Origin: Chiloscyllium plagiosum
Lineage: Eukaryota
Assembly (NCBI RefSeq): GCF_004010195.1
Contig: NC_057718.1
Coordinates: forward strand, 92,823,404 to 92,887,403
Direction of reading: 5' to 3'
DNA: 64,000 bases
Part shown: positions 25,201 to 37,095 of the stretch, in pieces
Position numbering within the stretch: position 1 is the first letter of the stretch
Layout of the letters: each line of letters opens with the position of its first letter
Program-made: the position numbers and the translations under genes
Notes under the pieces: model-generated
Seen by the model: the letters and a program-made list of their open reading frames with translations, nothing else
The model's database searches: none
Told to the model about the DNA's origin: nothing

Positions 25201-26419
25201 AATGCTCCTATGGTTCTCTGGGAACAGATACTAAGTCTCTTTTATTTCTGCTTATAATAGCTTTTTGGTATTTCCACTAGGTATGATCCTAGCTGACCTG
25301 TTTTTTCAACAATTCATCCTTGCTGCTTGTCTCAGATTCATAGGCTGAAAACTTGACAATTCTCTTGCTTGATGTAGCTGATTGAAGTTACCAGTTTGCT
25401 TCTTTCTCTGAACTTCTTCACCTTGTTGCACTCTCTCAGGGTTTTCCATGGTATTTTGCAGTTTTAATGTCTTGGACAGTTATGGAAATTGTGTTCACAA
25501 ACTTCTTCGCATGAGTAATTCTGCTGGTGTAGTCTATTCTGTAATAGTGATAATGTACAATTTAATAGAATTAAAGCAATATTAATATTCTTCTTCAGGA
25601 GTTCTCTTATGATTCTAACTTCTCACTCTGCTACACCATTCACATCCAGGTAATGAGGCAAACTTCTTATCTGAATGATTCCATATTCCTAGGCAAATTC
25701 AGTAAATTGCTGCTTGAAAAGTTATCAGATACTACTGCACTGGGAATGCTGTGAGTGAAATAAATTTGTTACAATGACTTTATCACCATTGCTGATGGAA
25801 GACTATGTAAACAATTTATGTCAATTGATCTTGAGTAACAGTTAATAAAAAGGATGCCAACTTTTAAACTCCAGCAAGTCTTTCCTAAAGTCTTCATGAA
25901 AGCATTGATGACAATAAATGTTCTTTCCATTTCTGACAGTTGATTGTGCAAGTTCTGCATTTTTAAAATTAATCAATTAATTCCTGGACATCAAACAATA
26001 TGATGGGCTCTTGGTCTGCATTTTGATATTCTTGGGTTACCTTGATGCTAATTTTAAAGAATATCACTTCTTGTACTCCAGGTATTACCAATCTATAACT
26101 AAACATTAACAAATTATAACTATAATTGTATAATCGCTACAGATATTTGTATGCATGTACATATTTACATTGTTTATAATTGTTGGATATCTCTGTTGCT
26201 TGAATTACTGTCTCAATATTAGGTTACTAGGGATGTGTGTTGACAATTAATTCTAATCTATAAGTATTCATTGTCTCTGCTTGAAGATTCTTCTATTTCT
26301 ACATATTTTCTATGATGTCAGTGAGTTTTATGTTGCTGAGGACGGAACAATATCTACTTCTGCTATCAAAACTGAATCATGCCTTGCAGCCTCTTTCACT
26401 GGCATTTTAGGCGTTTTTT

Positions 26420-26596
26420 TTAGATTAGATTACTTTAGATTAGATTAGATTACTTTACAGTGTGGAAACAGGCCCTTCGGCCCAACAAGTCCACACCGAC
26501 CTGCCGAAGCGCAACCCACCCAGACCCCTACATTTACCCCTTACCTAACACTCTGGACAATTTAGCATGGCCAATTCACCTAACCTGCACATCTTT
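26420..26596 (-). mobile_element. HE1-type SINE 3' half with duplicated tail
   Basis: ttagattagattactt occurs twice, followed by tacagtgtggaaacaggcccttcggccc...acctgcacatcttt. Confidence 0.9.
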
Positions 26597-28116
26597 AATG
26601 ATGAAGATCAGAAGTGGGGATTTCATTGATGTTTGCACTATGTTCAGCAGAAATCACAGCACTTCATATACCAAAGCTGTCCACCTCCAAATGCAGATGG
26701 TAGAGTGTTAACACTGTCATCTGTGAGCTCACAGGTTTCACAGGTATGCGCTGCCTTTTTCATAGCTAACTTAATACATTGTCAACTAACTACGTAACTA
26801 CATCACATATGAGATGAATGATAATCAACATTTTCTGGAATATTGTCGATACATATATTGGCTCTGCAATAACATTATGAGCATTATGATCACTCAAAGT
26901 GGTGATATAATGTGGGTTGGAAAAAAGTTTCTTCCTACATGCAGAACATGAGGAAATTCAGACATGATACTCAGGAATATTTCAGGAACTCTGCTATTTC
27001 AAATGGCAATCAATGAAAGTGCACAACAGAAGTTGTATCTTTATAGAAATCACACTTGACCAATCATCCATGATCATATAATGGGTATACACAAATGTTC
27101 TGCAAACCAGGAGCTCACAAGTTCAACAAGTAACCGGTACTTGTCTTCTCCTAATGCTTCTGTTATTATTGTGTTGGATTTAAGCAGATATATGCGGTGC
27201 AATACTCTAGATGGGAATACAGTCCAAAGATTTTTCATAGTAACTATTAATTTCACATTAATTATGTACATTCTCACTAAGGAAGTCTCTCTTCAGAGTC
27301 TGTACATCATCATGTGATCTATTACATCATCATTAACGTATGTACATACTCAATATTAAATACTTTACTCTGCAAGACAAACCTCAAGGTGGAGACCAAT
27401 CCAGAAACGAGATTCTCAACATTTTCCACTAACTTAAGTAGGATGATCATGTATATTAATATAGAGCTAAAGGTTGTTGCATGATCCTTGACATGAACAG
27501 TGAACACACTTCTTGGGTGAGATGCCAGAAGGCTGCCAAAGTCCGTTGAATCCCACCCCAGCAACATTCCGCATCTTCAAGAGAAAAGTGGAGAAGATTG
27601 ATAAAAATTGACATGAGCACACATTGATTCATATCAGCAGTGCTCCACCACTAATTTTTACATGCAACAACATTTGTAAAATAAAAATGATTGAAACTAA
27701 ACAGTATGCATCTGGGATTGCTGCTTTAAAATATTTTGTATCTTCCATATAGAGTTAGATAACTAGCTTGTGCACTTACCTTCTTTGTTGGGAATATATC
27801 ATGTTTTACATCCTATCACCAAACAACCCCAACTGCTACGACAGCCTTTCTGACATCTTCCAAGGGGGTGTGAAGGAACCTGCCTTTCAAATGTTTTAAG
27901 GACTATCTATAATGGGTTTTCCAATCATAAGCATTAATTATTTTTAGCTTGTGTTCATGGGAATTAGCAGTAGAATCTCACCCAGCAAAATAATTTGACT
28001 GAGGACACCAAATATTGGTGATGTCAGGATGTTACTAATCATGCACTGTCTCCATATGGCCAGTCTGGAATCCTAATACCTAGTTGTATTTTGTCTTTTA
28101 TAATATCTATTCACTT

Positions 28117-28280
28117 ATAGAGTCATTGAGTTATACAGCATGGAAACAGACCCTTTGATCCAACCAGTCCATTCCAAACTAATCCCAAACTAAACTAATC
28201 CCACTTTCATGCTCCTGGCCCATATCTCTCCAAACCTTTCCTATTCATGTAATTATCCAATGTCTTTTAAACATTGTAAT
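28117..28280 (-). mobile_element. CR1 3' UTR fragment
   Basis: atagagtcattgagttatacagcatggaaacagaccc... Confidence 0.8.
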
Positions 28281-28923
28281 TATCTTTAACTTTAGGAGGA
28301 GCACCACATTCAAAAAAAAATGTTGGAGGAGTTAATGGAAGAGAAATATTTTTGCGCATGCAGTTTTGCCTTTTTGCTCACACTCTCGACTTATATTAGG
28401 TGTCACCAGGGCCGTCTCCCCAATATTCAAATTTGTGCCAACTTTTGCACGTAAGTAATCAGCTATCCATTCCCTGCTGGCATACCTTTGTTGCTGGCCA
28501 TTCTGGAGGAGCTGAAAAGTTACAGGGGCAATAAGTTCCTGCGGGACACTGTTGACAGTCAACAACATGCAACTCAATACTAATAAAATGCAATAACATC
28601 AGCATCTGTTGTCACAGCAACATTAAGGGGACCATTCCCTGCACGCACAAACACAGTTAGTGGTATCATAATGACAGCTTGCCTGGTTCAATTATGGAAT
28701 TTATTCTCTAATTCTTTAAAGATAAAATAGAAAATACATTTGGGAGTAGTAAAAGAAACATGGAATTATATTTAAAAATAAATGAAAAAATGGGAAAGTG
28801 ATTTAAAAATCAATAATGAACAAATCTGAGATTGACCTTGTAGCTGTCTACTGGCAAAAAAGGATCCGGATCTCAACTCCATCTCAGATTTTCAATTTTG
28901 AAACCTTTGAATGAGTTGATAGA

Positions 28924-29203
28924 TAGCACTGCTGCCTCACAGTGCTAGTACCCTGGGTTCAATTCTAGCCTTGGGTGACTGTCTGTGTGGAGTTTGCATA
29001 TTCTCCCAGTGGCTGCGTGTGTTTCCTTCGGGTTCTCCAGTTTCTTCCCACAGTCCAAAGATGTTTAGGTTAGGTGGATTGGCCATGTTTAATGCAAGGT
29101 TACGGGGAGAGGGTCAGATTGGGTGGGATGCTCTTCGGAGGGTCAGGGCAGATTCAATGGGCCAAATTGCTTTCTTGTGTACTGTAGGGATTCTATGATT
29201 CTA
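28924..29203 (+). mobile_element. HE1-type SINE (atgattct-tail variant)
   Basis: B box gggttcaattc, conserved core, gggattctatgattct tail. Confidence 0.88.
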
Positions 29204-30061
29204 ATTTTAAAAAATGATTTGACTACATTTTTTGAAGAAAAATCTCTCTTTTGCTCAAACCTGGGGTTATGAGCCACATTATGCACCAACTGAGCTAGTG
29301 GGCTTTGAAGGAATTCTCCTTACATTGCCTGTCCAACTTGTTAACTCAATTTATACAGCTTTGCACACTCTATGGTGGTCATACAAATGAACTATTTGCC
29401 ATTAGATGCCTTTATAGCAGGTTGGTGCTTGTAAAGTGGTGAAAGGTAATCTTTCATTCTTGCCCACATTTGGATGGTCCATGAATTGTAAATTTCCAAA
29501 TAACTCATTTCGACTATTATAGTTTTTTTTTACGTGTTTAAAAACAGCCAGCAGCAAAACATCAGTCTTAAACTAGAGAAAGTTTAGTTTATTGCAACAC
29601 TTTTGCTGAAAGTTACATAAGTAAAATGTGACGTATTTGTTGAGCAAAGTCTATTATCATCGCAGGCCTGTTGAGATCTTCAGGATCCTCTCTGTTTGAG
29701 GTGAAGAGGTAAAATAGCTGAAATCAGAATTCAGCAGCCACAACGGCTTGTCCAGTGGTTGGAGGTTGCTTCTAGCTGGGCAGAGGTGGACTGAGAAAAA
29801 CAAGTTCTGGAAGAGAGTGAAGACCCCATTATTTCACTTTTTCAGTAATGCAGATTGTGGCCAGCCTGGTTTAGTAAAGCAGTTGTTAGCCATCTGCCTT
29901 TCTTTCTGTCTGTCTGTCTGTCTCTATCTGATGGTCTCTCTCAGAGGTTTTCCTGAGTTCTATTTAAGCTGGTGTCTCACAGCCTGTCATATGCAGATCA
30001 GAAACTTTAAATGGCTGCTATGAAAACTTTGATGAATTATTGTTCCGCAAAGCAAAGGTTT

Positions 30062-31010
30062 CATTTATGGGATGTGGACTTTATTGCCTGGACCAGCATT
30101 TATTGCCCATCCCTACTTACCATTGAGAAAGTGGTGATGAGCAGTCTTTTTGAATCGTTGTAGCTCATTGGTGTAGGTATACCCACAATGCTATCCAAGA
30201 AGGAATTCCAAGATTTTGACCCAGCAATACTGAAATAATGGCTAATATATTTCCACAACAGGATGGTGAGTGACTTGGAGGGGAACTTGCAGACATTGAT
30301 GTTCCCATGTATTTGCTGCCCTTGTCCTTATTGATGACAATGGTGAATGGCTATCTGAGGGGCCTTGGTGAATTTCTTCAATGCATCCTGTAGTTGGTTT
30401 GTACTACTGTTACAGAATGTCAGTGGTGGGGGGACTGAAAGTTCATAGAAGTGATGTTAACCAAGCTGGCTGCTTTGTTCTGGATGATGTCTAGCTTCTT
30501 GAGTGTTGTTAGAGCTGCACCTGTTCAGGCAAGTAGAGAACAGGCCTTTATGCTCCTGACTTGTGCATTGTGGATGGTGTGTGGGCTTTGGGAAGTTAGG
30601 GATGAGTTACTCACTGCAGGATTGCTAGCCTCTGACTTATTCTGTTGTCATAGCATTTATATGGCTGGTCCAGTTCAGTTTCTGCTCAGTGGTAATGCCC
30701 AGGATGATTTTACATGACGTTCAGCATGTTAATGCCATTGAATGTCAAGGGGTGAGGGTTAAATTCTTTCTTCTCGCGGATGGTTTTTGTTTGTCTCTTG
30801 TGTGTTACTAGAGTTACTTGCCACTTGTACCCTACATATTGTCCAGGTCTTGCTATATTTGGACATGGACTGTTTCAGTATCTAAGGAGTCATGAATGGT
30901 GTTGAACATTGTGTAATTGTCAGCAAACATCCTCATTTCTGACCCTATGGCAGAGAGAAGGTCATTGACGAAGCAGCTGAAAATGGTTGGTCCCCAGACA
31001 CTTCCATGAG
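30062..31010 (-). mobile_element. CR1/L2-group LINE 3' portion of a second family; related pieces at about 32875-33435 (+), 39020-39200 (-) and 56330-56440 (+)
   Basis: Recurrent 3' end ccagcatttattgcccatccct; minus-strand ggatgtttgctgacaat resembles the RT motif MFADD. Confidence 0.65.
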
Positions 31011-31016
31011 AAATAT

Positions 31017-31127
31017 GGGGTTCTTATGGTGCAATGGTAATGTCCTCACTTCTGAGCTGGATGGCTTGGGTTCAAGTACAACCTGCTCAAGAGATGTGCA
31101 ATAACATCTCTGGGCAGGTTGATTAAA
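31017..31127 (+). mobile_element. Short tRNA-derived SINE (non-HE1)
   Basis: A box tggtgcaatggtaa, B box gggttcaagtac; related minus-strand head near 63120-63180. Confidence 0.55.
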
Positions 31128-31217
31128 AGCATCTTTCTACTCTGAAGAAACTCCTGCCGACATGTTCTGGATTTCTAATGACTGACTTCCAATAAATACA
31201 AACGTCTTCTTTTGTGA

Positions 31218-31352
31218 TTTGGAGATGCTGGTGTTGGACTTTGTACTTTTGGAGCGCTGCTTGACAACCACCTGATGAAGGAGCAGTGCTCCAAAAGGTA
31301 GTGCTTCCAAATAAACCTGTTGGACTATAACCTGGAGTTGTGTGATTTTTAA
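31218..31352. mobile_element. Family B fold-back PLE terminus with most of the left arm deleted
   Basis: Tail ggagatgctggtgttggact, then cacCTGATGAaggagcagtgctccaaaaggtagtg; 13-bp direct repeat tcttcttttgtga at 31205-31217 and 31353-31365. Confidence 0.85.
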
Positions 31353-32386
31353 TCTTCTTTTGTGACATACAGCAGAGAGTGTTCCAATTGACTCTAATTT
31401 TACTCGGGTTCATATCTTTAAATAAAGACTCAACTACTGTCTTAGCAATCCTTGTTGGTTGATTAGTACATTAAGATAAACAAAAGAACACAACATGGTG
31501 GCAGCGGTGTTTTTGAAGAGTCACTGTGAAATGTATAAGCCTCAACATTTTCATGTACAACAGAAGAACTGATGTGGAAGTGACTCACAATATTGAACTG
31601 TGTAAGTGATTCTGCAACACTGTAAGTATCCCACACATAGTCCTTACATCCTTGGATATCATACCTTGCTCCATTAAGCAGGTAGTGTCTCCCTGTAGGA
31701 TTGCTGACCTGGGAAATCATGAGTCTATCTGCTGTGGAGATTTGTGTAGGAATAGCCACCAGATAGCTGATTCCTTGTGTGTAGAATTTGGTATTGTTCC
31801 AAAGACATGAGGCTCCACTCTTGTGGCAGGGCACCTTTTCAGGAGTTTGGGGGTGGGATGGGAAAGGGACAGTGAGAATTAAGCACCTGAGATTGGAATA
31901 AGAAATGAGGCGACCCAGTAACTGCATGTAAAAGCTTGTAGAAGACCTTTTTGTTTTCATTGTTAAATTTACCATTGAAGTTCACAATAATTTTTGAGTT
32001 AAGATTGGTGGAGTGTTTAGAAAACTCAGGAAGGCAGCAACAACACCACCATTGCAACAAACTGTTGCTGGTTAAGATACTGCAAGTCAGGAACTCACAG
32101 GAAATCAGGCTCTGAAGAACTGAGAATGTTGAACATTTGAAGCTTTTACAGAATATACTACTGATTCTGCAAAAAAAGCCACAGATTGACAATTACATTT
32201 CTAATACTTAATGGGACAGCAGCAGGCCTACTGTTTGAGTTCACTCTGTTCACACAACAGAGCCTATTTTCTGGACCTGTATTGTTTTGAACTGGATAAA
32301 CAAGTCACCAGGGTTAAAATTGTTCCAGGCAGTTAAGAACTTCACAGCCTGAACACTTCAGGTTTGTCAGATAATCACCTTAGAAT

Positions 32387-32510
32387 TTTCTTCCTGGTGG
32401 TGGAAATTGAATAAAGATTTGTGCCCCTTGTGTCTTTCACTGTGTCTCACACCTGCACACACACAACATGGGTGCTGGGGAAAAAAAATAAAAAAATGAG
32501 AAAAAACATA
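32387..32510 (+). mobile_element. L1/Tx1-clade LINE 3' UTR fragment with A-rich tail
   Basis: Near-identical to 35270-35342 (gaataaagatt...tgtgtctttcactgtgtctcacacctgcacacac); accttagaat repeated at 32377-32386 and 32511-32520. Confidence 0.65.
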
Positions 32511-32514
32511 ACCT

Positions 32515-32852
32515 TAGAATCATAGAATCCCTACAGTGTGAAAGCAGGCCACTTGGCCCATCAAGTCCACACTGGCTCTCCGAAGAGCACAATCCCCTCA
32601 CCCTATCCCTATAACCCTGCATTTCCAGTTGCTAATCCACCTAGCCTGCACATCCCTGGACACAATGGGCAATTTCCCATGGCTTGCACATCTTTGGACT
32701 GTGTGCAGAAACTGGAGCACCCAGAGGAAACCCACACTGCCACAGGGTGAATGTGCAAACTCCACACAGATAGTCGCCTGAGGGTGGAATAGGATCAAGG
32801 GTCCTGATCTCGTGAGGCAGCAGTGCTAACCACTGAGCCACCATGTTGCCCC
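32515..32852 (-). mobile_element. HE1-type SINE (atgattct-tail variant)
   Basis: Reverse A/B boxes, conserved core, tagaatcatagaatccctac tail. Confidence 0.9.
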
Positions 32853-33436
32853 TTAAAAACCCAAAAAAATGTAGTCAACACTCAAAGATCAAGCAATGTC
32901 TGAATGACTCCATCTTTTGATTCATGTCCTTTAAACAACAAGTGATGAGGGCCAATGACCACTTTATTAACTGGTTCAGAGGCAAGGGATCTGATGGCAA
33001 TTTCACAGTAGAGTTCACTAACACAATAATTGAGCATGTGATAGCAATTGCTTTCATTGAAGCGTTCCAAAGAGTTCTTGGATGAATCCAAAGATTACAT
33101 TGCTACATAATGAACCACAGACAGAAAGTAATACTGCTGTAGACAGCCTAGAGATTATGCATAATTTGTCCATCATTGGCACTAAGGCCAATGTTGGCAA
33201 GTATGACAAACAGCAGCCTCACATTTGCCATCAAGGATTTGGCTGGCTTTCAATAATACCTGCAAGGCATGTGGCATCAGAAGATGCTTAAAACTCCAAC
33301 ACAAAATCCAAAGGCCAGAACTAGTGGTTTGGAATCATGAGAAGTCACAAGTAAAGGCCAGGGAGATACAGCATTCTAACCAACCAAGAGAGTGTACCAA
33401 ACATTCTCAAAAGATGATCCACAAGATAACCGTCAC

Positions 33437-33695
33437 TTAGGACTGAGGTGAGGAGAAACTTATTCACCTACAGAGTGTGTGCCTGTGGAATTTACTGCCA
33501 CCGAAAGTGGTAGAGGCCAAAACATTGAATGTTTTCAAGAAGGAGATAGATATAGTACTTAGGGCTAAAGAGATCCAAGTGTATGGGGAGAAAGTGGGAA
33601 CAGAGCATTGAACTGGATGGTCAGTCATGATCATGTTGAATGGTGAAAGCAAGCTTGAAGGCCTGAACGGTCTACTCCTGCTCCTATTTTCCATG
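33437..33695 (+). mobile_element. CR1 3' end
   Basis: ttaggactgaggtgaggagaaacttattcacc...ctactcctgctcctattttc. Confidence 0.8.
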
Positions 33696-33779
33696 ATGTG
33701 TGATCAGATGATGAGGATGACCAGCCTACCTAAAAGCAAAGTGAGCAAATATAGATTATGGTGAACATCAAAGAATACA

Positions 33780-34110
33780 TCCACACAGTGGTACCATCAG
33801 AAGTCTTTGCCATTAGCTGAACCATCTACCCAGATGCAGGGGTAGGATAACTTATATGCAACTGGATACTGGGGCAGTTGCAAACATTATTCCATTTTGC
33901 AGGCTGTTATGAATATGTTCATAAAAGTGGTGGGTAATGGCTCAACCAACTATGACTAGATTTACTGTGTACAATGGCTAGGAAGTTCTGTCCTGGTTTC
34001 CATTACACTTGGGTGTTACCACAACAAACAGCTATGCTGTTCTATTTTATATTGTTGACACAGTGGGTCCAGTGATTGCAGTTCACCTCTGAGACTGGTG
34101 TGCAATGACC
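33780..34110 (+). pseudogene. Ty3/Gypsy aspartic protease remnant
   Basis: QLDTGAVANIIP at 33859-33894 (retroviral-type D-T-G motif) and downstream FYIVDTVGPVI. Confidence 0.6.
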
Positions 34111-34930
34111 TGCTCTTGGTCAGTACACATGGTATTAAAAAGACAAAGCTGAGGATCAGAGATCACACAGGCCATCATTACTTGAAGAATTGAACTCTTG
34201 CCTTAAACTCAGTATGCTTTGCCCAGAGCTGTAACTCTGTGAAGTGAATTTGGATTGTGCAGTCTGTCACCCTATATTGTATGACTATGTGTGTGCGTGT
34301 CTCAGAAAGAGGAAAGACGACTCATTACATAACAGTTCTAACTTTTGTTTTGTGTGACTGGTGTCAAAACAACACCTTAAACCCCTTACTCATCGGTTTC
34401 CCAATACTAGTGTCAGACAGAGTCAAGCAATCACAAATAAGTGAAAATTCCTGTGAGTTTGAAAGGATTGTAGTGATGGATTTTCCAAGTACATCCACAC
34501 AGGAGACAGTGGAGATGGTTAGGAATGCCAAAGGAAGAACTCATGAAAGTCATGGACCATGGGTTTGCGGCTCATATCTTGTTTCTAATGAATGAACAGA
34601 GATTGTAATTTCAAAGGTAAGTACTCAGAATAATAATCTCTGTGCACCTGAGTGCATGGACTCACTGGCAAAGACTCTCTCGAACATCAGTGGTACAATG
34701 GAGGATTTCACGTCCTTTGATGTAAATTGTAGCTCATGGCGCCCTTGCCCTGCTGATAATCACTAGGATCGCCTCAATCACTGTTTTATATGAGCCATAT
34801 CTCCCTCCTCTTCCTTGTATCAGGAGTTACAGACATCACTCATTCTATTTCTCAGGAATGTGTATACAAAGAAATTGACAAAACCTGGACAACAACAATC
34901 TTGAAGATTGCCAGAAAGCAAGACATGTTG

Positions 34931-34959
34931 CTGAAGCTTTTCATCTTGCACTCATCAGG
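34931..34959 (-). ncRNA. Hammerhead-like motif (family D) in an old PLE-like terminus
   Basis: Minus strand cCUGAUGA-GU-GCAAG-AU-GAAA-AGCUU-C with a palindromic AAGCUU stem III. Confidence 0.55.
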
Positions 34960-35027
34960 CCAAACACATGAATATCTCATGGCAACCAATCAGAGCAATT
35001 TATAGTATAGATAAAAAGGCTGCTGTT

Positions 35028-35343
35028 ATTGGGTGTGGGCGTTTGCACTCCCTTTTTGATTTTCTGAAAAACCTTCTCCTCTGTTTTTGGAAAAAAAAAA
35101 TAAATGGGACATTAGAGGTGGGCGCCGCAGGGAGTGGAGTGCATCATTTCTCCCTCCAACTCTATTTTGATTTAGTCCCTACCCTCCCCCTCACTGTTTT
35201 GATCACACAGCACTGTCCTTTGATGTGAAGGGCAGTGTTTGTCACTGGCCACCCGGGTGTTTTCCTGTCTTCCTGGTGGTGGGAATTGAATAAAGATTCG
35301 TGCACTTTGTGTCTTTCACTGTGTCTCACACCTGCACACACAA
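35028..35343 (+). mobile_element. L1/Tx1-clade LINE 3' fragment, internally deleted
   Basis: Homologous to 35361-35897; flanked by ataaaaaggctgctgtt at 35011-35027 and 35344-35360. Confidence 0.7.
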
Positions 35344-35360
35344 ATAAAAAGGCTGCTGTT

Positions 35361-35897
35361 TGTTCTGTGGTGCTTTGGAGTCCATGGACCATGTACATAT
35401 GGGGTGTGGGTGTCTGAACTTCGTTTTCAGTTTTCTTAAAGATCTTCTTCTATGTTTTGGTTGCACTTCAGCCCCACGTTCCTGATCTGTGGGCACTTGG
35501 TGCAGGTCAGAGGATCTCCTCGTGGGTCTGCTCCAGGGCCTGGTCAAGCTGGCCATTAACATGTCTAGGCAGTGGGCCATGGAAGAGGTTGATACAGCCT
35601 TTCCCTCTTCCGCGGTTATGTTTGGGACCAGGTGTCCCTGGAGATGGAATGTATACCAATACCCTGGACCTCTTTAGAGAGAGGTGGGCACCGTGGGGTG
35701 TTGTGTGCTTTATTTTCCCGTCCAATTCTATTTTGATTTAGCTCCCACCCACCCCTTCACCTTTTCCATGTAAGCATTGCTCGCTCTGGGCTTTGCTTGT
35801 CACTGGTTCATTGGCTGCACGGTGTTTTTCCTGATGGTGGAATGTTAATAAAGTTGTTTTCACTTGGTGCTTTCACTGTAAAAAATATAAAAAAAAG
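35361..35897 (+). mobile_element. L1/Tx1-clade LINE 3' fragment with poly(A)
   Basis: DLLVGLLQGLVKLAINMSRQ resembles a Tx1-type ORF2 C-terminus; AATAAA and A-rich tail; followed by aaaaggctgctg. Confidence 0.7.
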
Positions 35898-36239
35898 AAA
35901 AGGCTGCTGATTGGCTAGCAAATCAACTTTAATTGTTGTTGGCATGGGCAAAGTAATAGGATCTACTGGCTCCTCTAGGTCTGGGATAATTCATAAAAGG
36001 TGCAAGATTTCACTGTGTTCCTTTGTTTGCAGATGAAATGTCCTTGCATAATAATCTATGTCACTTCCAGCAATCTAAAATTAGCTATGCTATCAGTTTC
36101 ACTGATTATCCTACATTGTCTGTTCATGTAGCTCTTTGCACATCTAGATTGTTCTGCAAATGCCTCCCAATCATGAATCAATAGATGTTTTCATTTTGCA
36201 ATTTGCAAAGCGGCTGGCTGAGTATAGTCTGTCATTTGC

Positions 36240-37095
36240 TATCATTTTGGCAGAACGGATAGGAAGCGACAATGTAGACAAATGGTACACTTCTAAAGAG
36301 TGTGTAGAAATGGAGGATGCCATATGCACAGATCCTTGAAGGTCATAGGTATATTGAGAAAACAGTTAGCAAAGCACGTGGGGTCATCAGTCCTAGGTAT
36401 TAAGTACAAAAGAAGGAAAACTTAACTGAAATTGTATAAAGTTCTACTTAGTATAAAACAAATGCACTGTTCCAGTCCTGGCTACCACACTTAAGGAAGA
36501 ATGTAAAAGTTCATGAGTGCATGGGCGATTTCTCAGAATAGTTTCAGCGCTGAAGGTATTTAGCTAAAAACAAAAACTGAGAGAACTGTGGACGCTGTAA
36601 ATCAGAAACAAAATCAGAAATTACTGGAAAAGCTCAGCAGGACTTTTGGAGAGAAAAATTTTGAGGAACATTATCTCTGATTTCTCAACACAGATGTAAC
36701 CAGACTTGCTGAGCTTTTCCAGCAAATACTGTTTTTGTTTTCGAAGGTATTTAGCTACATGGTTAGGTTGGAGAAGCTGGGGTTGTTCACCTTGTGAGAT
36801 TGAGGGGGGTATTTGATAGAAGTGCTCAAAATTGTAACAGATTTGATTAAGATACTTAAAGAAAATCTGTTCTGATTAGCAGGTGGGACTATGGAATACT
36901 GTTTTAAGATTTTGGGCAAGAGATTCACAAGGATGGTGAGGAAGGAGATTAATGATTTCAAAAAGAAATAGGTTGAACACTTGAGGGAAATAAACTTGAA
37001 GGGCTGTAGAGGAATGGAGCAAGCTGGATTGGTCCATGGAGAGCTGGCATGGACTGAACAGACCAAATGGCCTCCTTCCATATCATAACGATTCA
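36240..37095 (+). mobile_element. Old CR1 3' fragment interrupted by a PLE terminus insertion
   Basis: cattttggcagaacggatagg..., ggttaggttggagaagctggggttgttcacctt, accaaatggcctccttcc. Confidence 0.75.
36567..36742. mobile_element. Fold-back PLE-terminus insertion (family C)
   Basis: Inverted arms ctggaaaagctcagcag/ttgctgagcttttccag; 15-bp direct repeat gaaggtatttagcta at 36552-36566 and 36743-36757; matches 1488-1563. Confidence 0.82.

Noticed and set aside
29656-29712. Tiny plus-strand exon candidate (cgcAG...AG/GTaaaa)
   Set aside because: Weak splice signals and an unrecognised peptide.
34410-34622. Possible plus-strand exon ending at a strong AAG/GTAAGT donor
   Set aside because: All three frames from the nearest plausible acceptor contain stops; at most a non-coding exon, which is unsupported.
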